A stretch of DNA of 14,669 bases from a virus. The position numbers were made by a program, and so were the translations under genes. This document shows positions 1 to 6,897 of the stretch, piece by piece. Below the pieces are notes generated by a model. The model did no database searches. It was not told the origin of the DNA and saw only the letters and a list, made by a program, of their open reading frames with translations. The stretch lies in UHGV virus genome UHGV-0214741; one strand, given 5' to 3'. Every line of letters begins with the position of its first letter. The stretch's first letter is position 1.

Positions 1-16
1 CAGTACCCTTTTCCAT
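1..16 (-). CDS. cspD: 5' end of cold-shock-like protein CspD (partial, continues beyond window start)
   Basis: Reverse complement of 1-16 reads ATG GAA AAG GGT ACT G = M-E-K-G-T-(V), the CspD N-terminus as I recall it. The opposite flank carries clpS, the divergent neighbour of cspD in E. coli-type genomes. Only 5 codons are visible. Confidence 0.6.
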
Positions 17-236
17 GCTTCGACATCCTTCGCAAATCTTATACAAGTAAGATGGAATAAACCGGGGTCAGAGAGGGGGCTGTTCAAAACCTCGCCAACT
101 CTAGAAATACAATTTAGAGAATTAGGGCGAGCCGTCAAGCATTTGACAGGGGACAAGGGGCAGGTATGAATCAAAAATTTGAAGCAGTTAACGCTATTGA
201 CAGGAATGTGACAGATGTCGCTGATGCCAACGATAG

Positions 237-253
237 ATGATAGTTATTTATCA
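237..253. repeat. Candidate attL core (ATGATAGTTATTTATCA)
   Basis: Matches 14530-14546 at 16 of 17 positions; also an imperfect dyad (TGATAG-TTAT-YTATCA). Both copies are preceded by GCCAA a few bases upstream. Confidence 0.45.
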
Positions 254-257
254 GTTA

Positions 258-400
258 GTGTTCGCGGGTGTTCGTCGTGGTGTATCTATCTCATTTATTG
301 CTATGATTATAAAGGAAAATTTCGTTTTTCTTGTTCGCCCTTGTTCGTCGCTGTTTGCCCTTGTACGATGCACGGTGTAGTCAATGGTGTAGTTAATTTT
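258..400. repeat. Left arm repeat block: TTGTTCG-type 10 bp repeats (258-280 and a tandem array 331-370) followed by tandem 12 bp GGTGTAGTYAAT x2 (374-397)
   Basis: Seen directly: GTGTTCGCGG, GTGTTCGTCGTGG, then TTGTTCGCCC / TTGTTCGTCG / CTGTTTGCCC / TTGTACGATG as four consecutive 10 bp units, then ACGGTGTAGTCAATGGTGTAGTTAATTTT. The same architecture recurs at 14401-14461. Position next to int and att suggests arm-type recombinase or excisionase binding sites. Confidence 0.6.
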
Positions 401-411
401 GATGACCGGAA

Positions 412-1659
412 ATGCGAAACATGAGCAGGGCAATTCATAGACTTAGCGACACTCTTTTACGAAAATTAAGCGGATCACCAACCACAAAAAACACCTTTTT
501 TAATGATGGTGGCAACCTTAGCGTAAGGCATTCAACCAATGGCCTGTTAACCTGGTATTTCACTTACAGGGCCGGAACTGGCAGGCAGGTATCACCGGAA
601 CGCCTGAGACTGGGCAACTATCCCGATCTGAGCCTGAAAGCAGCCAGAGAAAAAGCGGCACAGTGTCGCGCCTGGCTGGCGGAGGGGAAAAATCCACGCC
701 ATGAGCTTAATCACACAGTGCAGGAAGCGTTAGCACCTGTAACGGTTAAGGACGCGATCACTTACTGGCTTGAGTCATACGCGAAGGAAAAGCGCACTGA
801 CCACGAATCACTGAAAAGCCGGATCAATAAGCACATAATCAGCCAGATTGGTGCTATGCCGCTGGATAAATGCGAGTTACGCCACTGGCTGGCCTGTTTT
901 GACCAGCTTGCTAAGCGTAATCCGGTATCAGCCGGCTTTTTGTTGCAGGTATGCAAGCAGGCGCTTAAGTACTGCCGTAAACGTCGCTACGCCGTCAGTA
1001 ACGTTCTTGATGATATGGTCGTAGGTGATGTGGGAAAAAAAGCAGAAATAAGCGAGCGAGTGCTAACAAACAAGGAGCTTGGCGAGCTACTCCGCGCACT
1101 GGATGAAAAAATTTTCCCGCCGTACTACAGCGCCTTAATTCGCCTTCTGATTGTCTTTGGATGCCGTACCACTGAGCTAAGACGCTCCGAGGTTCAGGAA
1201 TGGGATTTTAAAGAAATGCTCTGGACTGTGCCGAAAGAACACAGCAAAACGAAGGTAGCAATATTCAGGCCAATACCGGAAGCGATCTTGCCGTTTGTCA
1301 TGAAGCTGGTGGAGAAGAACAGGCACACGGGCTTATTGCTTGGAGAACTGAAAGGGCAATCATCCGTAGCAGAGTACGGAAGAACGGCACACAGACGCAT
1401 TAATCAAGCCCCCTGGTCGTTGCATGACATCCGGCACACATTTACAACCATGCTGAACGATTTAGGCGTGGATCCGCATATTGTCGAGCAGCTTACCGCC
1501 CACCAGATGCCGGGGATGCAACGAGTCTATAACCACTCCCGTTATCTTGATGCAAAACGTGATGCTCTTAATCTATGGGTAGACCGTCTCGAGCTTCTCC
1601 AGAACAATGATGAAAAAATCGTTGTTATGACCCCGCGAATTTACCCCCAAAATTCTTGA
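412..1659 (+). CDS. int: Tyrosine site-specific integrase, P4-type (N-terminal DUF4102-like arm-binding domain plus C-terminal catalytic domain)
   Basis: 415 aa ORF. The N-terminus (LSDTLLRKL...FFNDGGNLSV...GLLTWYFTYR...LRLGNYPDLSLKAAREKA) fits the P4-integrase arm-binding pattern. The C-terminus has HDIRHTF (HxxR box) and RVYNHSRY with the catalytic Tyr. Stop TGA at 1657-1659. Confidence 0.9.
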   Translation: MRNMSRAIHRLSDTLLRKLSGSPTTKNTFFNDGGNLSVRHSTNGLLTWYFTYRAGTGRQVSPERLRLGNYPDLSLKAAREKAAQCRAWLAEGKNPRHELNHTVQEALAPVTVKDAITYWLESYAKEKRTDHESLKSRINKHIISQIGAMPLDKCELRHWLACFDQLAKRNPVSAGFLLQVCKQALKYCRKRRYAVSNVLDDMVVGDVGKKAEISERVLTNKELGELLRALDEKIFPPYYSALIRLLIVFGCRTTELRRSEVQEWDFKEMLWTVPKEHSKTKVAIFRPIPEAILPFVMKLVEKNRHTGLLLGELKGQSSVAEYGRTAHRRINQAPWSLHDIRHTFTTMLNDLGVDPHIVEQLTAHQMPGMQRVYNHSRYLDAKRDALNLWVDRLELLQNNDEKIVVMTPRIYPQNS

Positions 1660-2078
1660 CAAATTACGGCTGTTTTTTCTTTAAGAGATTACAGCCGTGA
1701 ATAAATCGTAGAATATCGGAAAATATCTGCAAATATCTTCGCTTTATATATGTCAACCATCAAAAAATTGGAATGTCTTCTTCTGAACTTTTATTCTCTG
1801 TTTCTTGATTGTTCCAACACTTGATGGTTTATCTATTTGTTTTTAATGAGATAATTCAAGCGTAATGCCAAGTAACGACATTTTTTGTTGCATCGCTTAA
1901 AAACTCGTGACACGATTTTAAACACTAACGAGCTTCTACGAACCTTAGCGAACAAAGCCTTTAGCAAGGTTGTGTTTTTAATTTAAGAGGTGAAAAAAGA
2001 ATCTAAGTAATATCCGATCTCATATATCTACAGCTAAGAGAAAAGTTTATATACGTAATTTTTTATGTAGGTTTCTGT

Positions 2079-2288
2079 ATGCGTGAAATAAATGAAGATC
2101 GCGTAATCCGTGAGGATGAATGTCGTAAGTTAACTGGAGTGTGTCGCACTACACGCTATGAACTGGAGAAAAAAGGGAATTTCCCGTCACGCCGTAATCT
2201 GGGCGGTCGTTCTGTAGGTTGGCTGCTGTCCGAGGTTATGGAATGGGTTAAAAGCCGGGATCGCATTAATTCAGGCAAGGCAGCGTAA
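2079..2288 (+). CDS. alpA: AlpA-family phage transcriptional regulator / excisionase-like DNA-binding protein
   Basis: 69 aa; the segment CRKLTGVCRTTRYELEKKGNFPSRRNLGGRSVGWLLSEVMEWVKSR matches the AlpA (Phage_AlpA) helix-turn-helix pattern. It lies immediately downstream of int, as in P4-like elements and PICIs. Preceded by a roughly 420 bp AT-rich non-coding region. Confidence 0.8.
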   Translation: MREINEDRVIREDECRKLTGVCRTTRYELEKKGNFPSRRNLGGRSVGWLLSEVMEWVKSRDRINSGKAA

Positions 2289-2305
2289 AGGGGAGCATAT
2301 GACAT

Positions 2306-2335
2306 ATAAAACAAAGGCGACCGGGGGCGGTCGCC
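2306..2335 (-). terminator. Candidate rho-independent terminator for the minus-strand small-gene unit
   Basis: Perfect 8 bp stem GGCGACCG / CGGTCGCC with a 4 nt loop at 2316-2335. On the minus strand it is followed by TTTGTTTTAT (complement of 2306-2315). Confidence 0.45.
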
Positions 2336-2402
2336 AATGGATACACACTAAACTTGAACGCATCACCAACAATGCCACATTTGCGGCTGGTGGGCAATGT
2401 GA

Positions 2403-2591
2403 TCAGTCAGATTTGGTTCGTTCCAAGGTTTGCAACGAGAGCTTTTTCCTGTGCTCTTTAAGGAATTTCTCAAGAGCAAAAGCACATGGCGCGAATCTTT
2501 CTGATTCATGCTCTATCTTTCTGCGCCGTCTTTTCCGTGCCGGTGATAATGTTTTGGTCAATTCTTTATCGGTCATTGTGTTGTCCTGCAT
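2403..2591 (-). CDS. Hypothetical small basic protein (about 57-62 aa)
   Basis: ORF downstream of the RHH gene on the minus strand; highly charged (ARKRRRRKIEHESERF). No convincing SD before the first ATG; the second ATG (codon 6, MTDKEL) has AGGA 7 nt upstream. Could be spurious. Confidence 0.3.
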   Translation of the reverse strand: MQDNTMTDKELTKTLSPARKRRRRKIEHESERFAPCAFALEKFLKEHRKKLSLQTLERTKSD

Positions 2592-2633
2592 AGCAATGCG
2601 CCGTAGTTACTCACACCACGGCGCTGGTGATGG

Positions 2634-2813
2634 TTACTCCTGCTCTTTGGCCTTGCGGCGCTGGCGGCGTTTGATCTCGCCTTTAACGGCAGTAACTATA
2701 AATTGCGCCTTGCTTTCACCTTCATCTAAATTTTTTTCTAAGTCTGCAACAACATCATGCGGGAATCTGGCATTTAACTGTTGCGACTTATTATTTGTTG
2801 AACCTGTTGCCAT
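2634..2813 (-). CDS. Ribbon-helix-helix (Arc/MetJ-like) DNA-binding protein, candidate repressor of the replication operon
   Basis: 59 aa starting from the internal ATG at 2813-2811, which has GAGAGGA 8 nt upstream. MATGSTNNKSQQLNARFPHDVVADLEKNLDEGESKAQFIVTAVKGEIKRR fits the RHH beta-strand / helix / helix pattern (compare Arc FNLRWPREVLDLVRKVAEENGRSVNSEIYQRV). Transcribed divergently from the 3004 operon. Confidence 0.55.
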   Translation of the reverse strand: MATGSTNNKSQQLNARFPHDVVADLEKNLDEGESKAQFIVTAVKGEIKRRQRRKAKEQE

Positions 2814-2833
2814 TACTGAATCCTCTCTAAGTT

Positions 2834-2926
2834 GGTGCGATTCAGTATACACAAAAAAAATTTCAGAGAAAGGCTTGAAGTGCGATTCACTTGCTGATAG
2901 GTTAAAAACGAATGGTGCGATGCACC
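2834..2926. promoter_or_regulatory. Divergent promoter/operator region with three GTGCGAT(T/G)CA repeats
   Basis: GGTGCGATTCAG at 2834-2845, AGTGCGATTCAC at 2879-2890, GGTGCGATGCACC at 2914-2926 (the last is a perfect dyad GGTGC-GAT-GCACC). A TATACT -10-like hexamer on the minus strand overlaps the first site. Confidence 0.4.
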
Positions 2927-3003
2927 AAGCAACAACGCCCCGCAGTGGTGGCACACATGCAGGGCGTCTAACCACCAACGATAGCAACAGTATCGAGGCA
3001 GCT

Positions 3004-3207
3004 ATGAGAAATTATACCAGACACCCGCAAGGGCGGGACTCGTACAACCTGAATAAATACATCTGGCGTTTTATCGCCCTGAGCACGGCACAACCGCGCG
3101 TGATTACCATTGAGGCCACCAGCGAACAGGAAGCACGCCAGCAATCCCCGGCTGGCTACGTGATGGTATTCGCCGCCCGTATTCGTCAGGGGGTGTGCCA
3201 TGCCTGA
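3004..3207 (+). CDS. Hypothetical protein, first gene of the replication operon (67 aa)
   Basis: Internal ATG of the 2299-3207 ORF with GAGG 5 nt upstream; the C-terminal 67 aa have normal composition while the upstream 235 codons do not. The stop overlaps the next ATG (ATGCCTGA). Confidence 0.5.
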   Translation: MRNYTRHPQGRDSYNLNKYIWRFIALSTAQPRVITIEATSEQEARQQSPAGYVMVFAARIRQGVCHA

Positions 3208-3520
3208 TATGTCAAATTACCAGTACCTGATTAATCCGCATTTTAACTGTGAGCATGATATTGCTAAAAAGGTTTATTCCGCTGCTGATGGGGCTACTGA
3301 CAATATATCAATGGCTGTTGCGTCAATTGGTAGCCTGATGTGGCATGCGTCAGAAAATGAGGACTATGACGAAAAGGCCATGCGCATTGATATGGGTAAT
3401 ATCGGTTTGTTACTGGCAATGCTTGGGCAGTTTGATATTTCGTTACGGTGCACCATTGAAAATGCCACAGATGCATTAAATGCCATAAAGAAAGCGAATA
3501 CTGATTCAAATCGGGGATAA
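3200..3520 (+). CDS. Hypothetical protein (106 aa)
   Basis: ORF with GGGGG 6 nt upstream of the ATG, translationally coupled to the previous gene. Hand count of one 60-nt line gives about 40 percent G+C, lower than the downstream replication gene. Confidence 0.6.
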   Translation: MPDMSNYQYLINPHFNCEHDIAKKVYSAADGATDNISMAVASIGSLMWHASENEDYDEKAMRIDMGNIGLLLAMLGQFDISLRCTIENATDALNAIKKANTDSNRG

Positions 3521-3526
3521 ATAATC

Positions 3527-3826
3527 ATGAGAACATATTTATCTGGCTTGACTGCCAGCGGTTATGCACACCCCAAAATTATCCCCGGCGCTATTTATCT
3601 GGATAAGAACGGTAACAGAGTAACGGTAAAAGAACTGATGTTTGACCGTGTGTATTTTATTCGTGATGGCTATTCATTTCATAGTTCGCTGAACGTGGAG
3701 ATCTTTATTAGCAGATTCCGGCGGGAAATCCCGACTTCCAGAAATAACCATGTGTCACGTGTGGATGTGGATAAAAAACTGCAGGAACTGAAAAACATGA
3801 TTGCCGCGTGGAGAGAGCCGAAATGA
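3527..3826 (+). CDS. Hypothetical protein (99 aa)
   Basis: ORF with GGGGA 9 nt upstream of the ATG. Its stop TGA (3824-3826) overlaps the replication-protein ATG (3823-3825) as ATGA. Hand-counted lines give about 37-42 percent G+C. Confidence 0.6.
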   Translation: MRTYLSGLTASGYAHPKIIPGAIYLDKNGNRVTVKELMFDRVYFIRDGYSFHSSLNVEIFISRFRREIPTSRNNHVSRVDVDKKLQELKNMIAAWREPK

Positions 3827-5640
3827 AAAAAGCGCCAAATTTAAAACACCAGCCGCGTGACAAAATGACGGAAGTCATCATTTTTGCGGGTAGTGATGCG
3901 TGGGCACATGCGAAGCAGTGGCAGGAACAGGACGGGCGACTGGCTGGCGATAACGTGCCACCTGTCTGGCTTGGAGAGCAACAACTTGCCGAACTGGACA
4001 ACCTGCAAATCGTACCGGACGGACGCTATCGCGTGCGTCTCTACCAGGCGGGGTTATTGCGTCCGGGGCTTGTTAATACCATCGGGCAGAAACTGGCAGC
4101 GGCAGGTGTCAGGGATGCTGATTATTACCCTGAAGGAATGCACAGCCAGAAACGGGAGAACTGGCGCGAATATCTGGAACGTGAACGGGCAGAGCAGGCG
4201 GAAAAGAAAAAGGTAGTTGAACTGCCTGTAAAGAAAAAAGAGCGGGTAAAAGACGATAACGCTTCATCACTGGCGCTTAACCAGATGGGAGCAAGTCAAC
4301 GCGGCGAAGTTCTCCTGGCACATTATGGCGGTGAACTGGCGATTCATGCTGACTCTGACACTGTTCACCATTACAACGGCGTTGTATGGGAGCCAGTACA
4401 GGATAAAGAATTACAGCGAGCTATGGCACAGATTTTCATTGATGCGGAGATCAGCTATTCGCAGAACGCCATTAAATCGGCGGTCGATACCATGAAGTTA
4501 AGTTTGCCTGTTATGGGGAATACAGCCCGTAACCTGATTGGATTCAGTAACGGGGTATTTGATACCAGAACAGGTAATTTTCGGGAGCATAACAAAAACG
4601 ACTGGTTGTTAATTGCCAGTGAATTACCTTTCAGCCCACCAGCAGAGGGGGAAACGCTGGCAACACATGCGCCGAATTTCTGGAAGTGGTTACGCCGTTC
4701 GGTGGCTGAGAATGACCGCAAGGCGGATCGCGTACTGGCTGCATTATTCATGGTGCTGGCGAACCGGTACGACTGGCAGTTATTCATTGAGGTAACAGGT
4801 CCAGGGGGAAGTGGTAAAAGCGTGATGGCGGAGATTTGCACCATGCTGGCGGGTAAGGCCAACACAGTATCGGCAAGCATGAAGGCGCTGGAAGATGCAA
4901 GGGAACGCGCGTTAGTGGTTGGCTTTTCGCTGATTATCATGCCGGATATGACCCGCTACGCTGGTGATGGGGCAGGAATTAAGGCCATTACAGGCGGTGA
5001 CAAGGTGGCAATTGACCCGAAACACAAAGCCCCCTACTCAACGCGTATTCCGGCAGTAGTGCTGGCGGTTAACAATAACGCCATGTCATTCAGTGACCGC
5101 AGCGGGGGGATCTCACGTCGTCGGGTGATATTCAATTTTTCGGAAGTTGTACCGGAGAACGAACGCGATCCAATGCTGGCGGAAAAAATAGAAGGTGAGC
5201 TGGCGGTAGTGATTCGCCATCTGCTTACACGGTTTGCTGACCAGGACGAAGCCAGACGCCTGTTATATGAGCAGCAGAAATCTGAAGAAGCACTGGCGAT
5301 AAAGCGAGAGGGGGATTCGCTGGTGGACTTCTGCGGCTATCTCATGGCGTCGGTAATGTGTGATGGCCTGTTAGTGGGTAATGCTGAAATTGTGCCATTC
5401 AGCCCACGCAGGTATCTCTATCATGCCTATCTGGCTTATATGAGGGCACATGGGTTTGGTAAACCTGTAACACTGACGCGCTTCGGTAAAGATATGCCGG
5501 GGGCAATGGCGGAATATGGCAGGGAGTATATGAAACGGAAAACGAAGCACGGTTTGCGTTCAAACGTGACACTGACGGAGGAATCAGAAGACTGGATGCC
5601 ATCATGTGTATCGGTCACTAATGACGATAGCAAAAATTAA
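3823..5640 (+). CDS. Replication protein, phage/plasmid primase P4-family C-terminal domain with SF3-type NTPase (Walker A GPGGSGKS)
   Basis: The ORF track starts at GTG 3808, but ATG 3823 has GGAGAG upstream and an ATGA overlap with the preceding gene. Walker A VTGPGGSGKSV and a Walker-B-like hhhhPD (LIIMPD) are present. It lies immediately upstream of a TGTTCACC iteron array, as for P4 alpha and its ori. Confidence 0.85.
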   Translation: MKKAPNLKHQPRDKMTEVIIFAGSDAWAHAKQWQEQDGRLAGDNVPPVWLGEQQLAELDNLQIVPDGRYRVRLYQAGLLRPGLVNTIGQKLAAAGVRDADYYPEGMHSQKRENWREYLERERAEQAEKKKVVELPVKKKERVKDDNASSLALNQMGASQRGEVLLAHYGGELAIHADSDTVHHYNGVVWEPVQDKELQRAMAQIFIDAEISYSQNAIKSAVDTMKLSLPVMGNTARNLIGFSNGVFDTRTGNFREHNKNDWLLIASELPFSPPAEGETLATHAPNFWKWLRRSVAENDRKADRVLAALFMVLANRYDWQLFIEVTGPGGSGKSVMAEICTMLAGKANTVSASMKALEDARERALVVGFSLIIMPDMTRYAGDGAGIKAITGGDKVAIDPKHKAPYSTRIPAVVLAVNNNAMSFSDRSGGISRRRVIFNFSEVVPENERDPMLAEKIEGELAVVIRHLLTRFADQDEARRLLYEQQKSEEALAIKREGDSLVDFCGYLMASVMCDGLLVGNAEIVPFSPRRYLYHAYLAYMRAHGFGKPVTLTRFGKDMPGAMAEYGREYMKRKTKHGLRSNVTLTEESEDWMPSCVSVTNDDSKN

Positions 5641-5654
5641 ACTTATGGAATAAC

Positions 5655-5883
5655 TGTTCACCACTGTTCACCCTGTCATAAATATCTTTTGTATCAGTAT
5701 GTTATAGGGTGAACAGTTATTTATGAACTGTTCACCAAACTATTCACTGTTCACCTTTTTGATTGTTTATTGAGCTTCAAGGGTGAACAGTGGTGAACAG
5801 TTGGTGAATAGTTTTTGTGAAACTGTTCACCCCTTAACATTATGAATTAAAAGATAAAATATCAAAAGGTGAACAGGTGAAGG
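5655..5883. promoter_or_regulatory. Replication origin: array of TGTTCACC iterons in both orientations with AT-rich spacers
   Basis: Forward TGTTCACC at 5655, 5665, 5729, 5748, 5824. Reverse GGTGAACA at 5708, 5782, 5792, 5868. Degenerate copies at 5803 (GGTGAATA) and 5876 (GGTGAAGG). Several are at 10 bp phasing. TGTTCACC is the P4 ori/crr type I iteron as I recall it. Confidence 0.7.
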
Positions 5884-5927
5884 GTTAAAACGCAAAAATT
5901 TTAATTTACTGCTGTGAGATAAAGCCT

Positions 5928-6173
5928 ATGACAGCGAAGCACACAAAAAAATCACAATCGCACGCCCTTGATTTGACGGAACACTGGTTAAGGGTGTCGA
6001 TAAAAATCATCGACCGCAACGCCGGGGAAGGATATGCGAAAGCACATCCCGAACTGATTAGCTCATTCATGACAACGGCAGCTGCAAACTTTGCCACGCT
6101 GACAGAACGGGAGATTGCCGAAGCGGAACAGGTGACAACCATCAACGTTAAAACCGGAGAGCAGACAGCATGA
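5928..6173 (+). CDS. Hypothetical protein (81 aa)
   Basis: ORF directly after the ori; its stop overlaps the next ATG (ATGA at 6170-6173). No recognisable motif. Confidence 0.5.
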   Translation: MTAKHTKKSQSHALDLTEHWLRVSIKIIDRNAGEGYAKAHPELISSFMTTAAANFATLTEREIAEAEQVTTINVKTGEQTA

Positions 6174-6595
6174 CAGCACAGATAGCGGCTTACGGGCGGC
6201 TGGTGGCTGACCCGCAGTTAAAGACCACCAGCAAGGGTACACAAATGACGATGGCTAGTATGGCGGTCCCCCTTCCGTGCAGCCAGGCAGATGACGGAAC
6301 GGCGATGATGTGGTTATCCGTCCTGGCGTTTGGCAGACAGGCCGACGCACTGGCAAAACACCACAAAGGCGAACTGGTGAGCGTGGCGGGTAACATGCAG
6401 GTAAGCCAGTGGACAGGCCAGAACGGCGAAACGCGGCAGGGCTGGCAGGTTATCGCAGACAGCGTGATCAGTGCGCGAACAGCGCGACCGGGCGGCAAAA
6501 AAGGCCAGCAGGGGCAGGCCACTGACGCACTGAACAGGGCAAAACAGCAGACGGGTCAGCACGATGATCCGTACGGGGACAACATACCGTTTTAG
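6170..6595 (+). CDS. Single-stranded DNA-binding protein (SSB-like, OB fold, acidic DIPF-type C-terminal tip)
   Basis: 141 aa. GRLVADPQL ... WLSVLAFGRQADALAKHHKGELVSVAGNMQVSQWTGQNGETRQGWQVIAD parallels the E. coli SSB OB-fold pattern. It has a Gly/Gln-rich linker and the C-terminus DDPYGDNIPF (compare the SSB tail DDDIPF). Confidence 0.75.
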   Translation: MTAQIAAYGRLVADPQLKTTSKGTQMTMASMAVPLPCSQADDGTAMMWLSVLAFGRQADALAKHHKGELVSVAGNMQVSQWTGQNGETRQGWQVIADSVISARTARPGGKKGQQGQATDALNRAKQQTGQHDDPYGDNIPF

Positions 6596-6860
6596 CGACA
6601 ACAGAGGGGACATTCCAGTGACATTTGAAGAAGTCCAGCAACATAAAAAGTTTCATGATTTTGATGATCTGGAAACCATGACAGCAAAAAAATATCGCCG
6701 TCTGCTTTCTTCCGATGCGTTGTTTGTTGTGGATCATCATGATTTTCTGCGTAGCTCACTGACCGGGGAAATTTTGGCAACCAACCGTGAGCAGGTGGAA
6801 GCGATGATCGAATATCTGTGGAAAATAAGGCGCAGAATGCGAGATCCCGTGAAACGGTAA
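6564..6860 (+). CDS. Hypothetical protein; true start probably GTG 6618 (about 80 aa)
   Basis: The ORF-track ATG at 6564 overlaps the SSB 3' end. An in-frame GTG at 6618 has AGAGGGGA 8 nt upstream. It ends at TAA 6858-6860, immediately before a terminator. Confidence 0.5.
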   Translation: MIRTGTTYRFSDNRGDIPVTFEEVQQHKKFHDFDDLETMTAKKYRRLLSSDALFVVDHHDFLRSSLTGEILATNREQVEAMIEYLWKIRRRMRDPVKR

Positions 6861-6869
6861 AATAATAAA

Positions 6870-6897
6870 GGCCTGGTAAAATCCAGGCCATTTTTTT
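6870..6897. terminator. Bidirectional rho-independent terminator between convergent genes
   Basis: Stem GGCCTGG (6870-6876), loop TAAAAT, stem CCAGGCC (6883-6889), then TTTTTTT (6891-6897) on the plus strand. The minus strand reads the same hairpin followed by TTTATTATT. Confidence 0.7.

Noticed and set aside
215-424. 69 aa plus-strand ORF spanning the att core and left arm repeats
   Set aside because: Runs through the repeat arrays and into the int start; Cys-rich. The region is better explained as att and arm DNA.
2299-3003. N-terminal 235 codons of the 302 aa plus-strand ORF (2299-3207)
   Set aside because: Cys/Ser/Arg-rich composition unlike a real protein; it contains a terminator-type hairpin and lies antisense to a recognisable RHH gene. 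Only the last 67 codons (3004-3207) are kept as a gene. The SD-like AGGGGAG before ATG 2299 is noted as a caveat.
4455-4940. 161 aa minus-strand ORF and other antisense ORFs inside the replication, capsid, portal and terminase genes (for example 7652-7962, 10126-10440, 11170-11583, 12897-13379)
   Set aside because: All lie within well-supported genes on the other strand or frame and have skewed, low-complexity composition. They are typical shadow ORFs.
5655-5883. Possibility that the TGTTCACC repeats are a CRISPR array
   Set aside because: The repeats are only 8 bp, occur in both orientations, have irregular spacing and no unique spacers of uniform length. They match the iteron-origin pattern instead.
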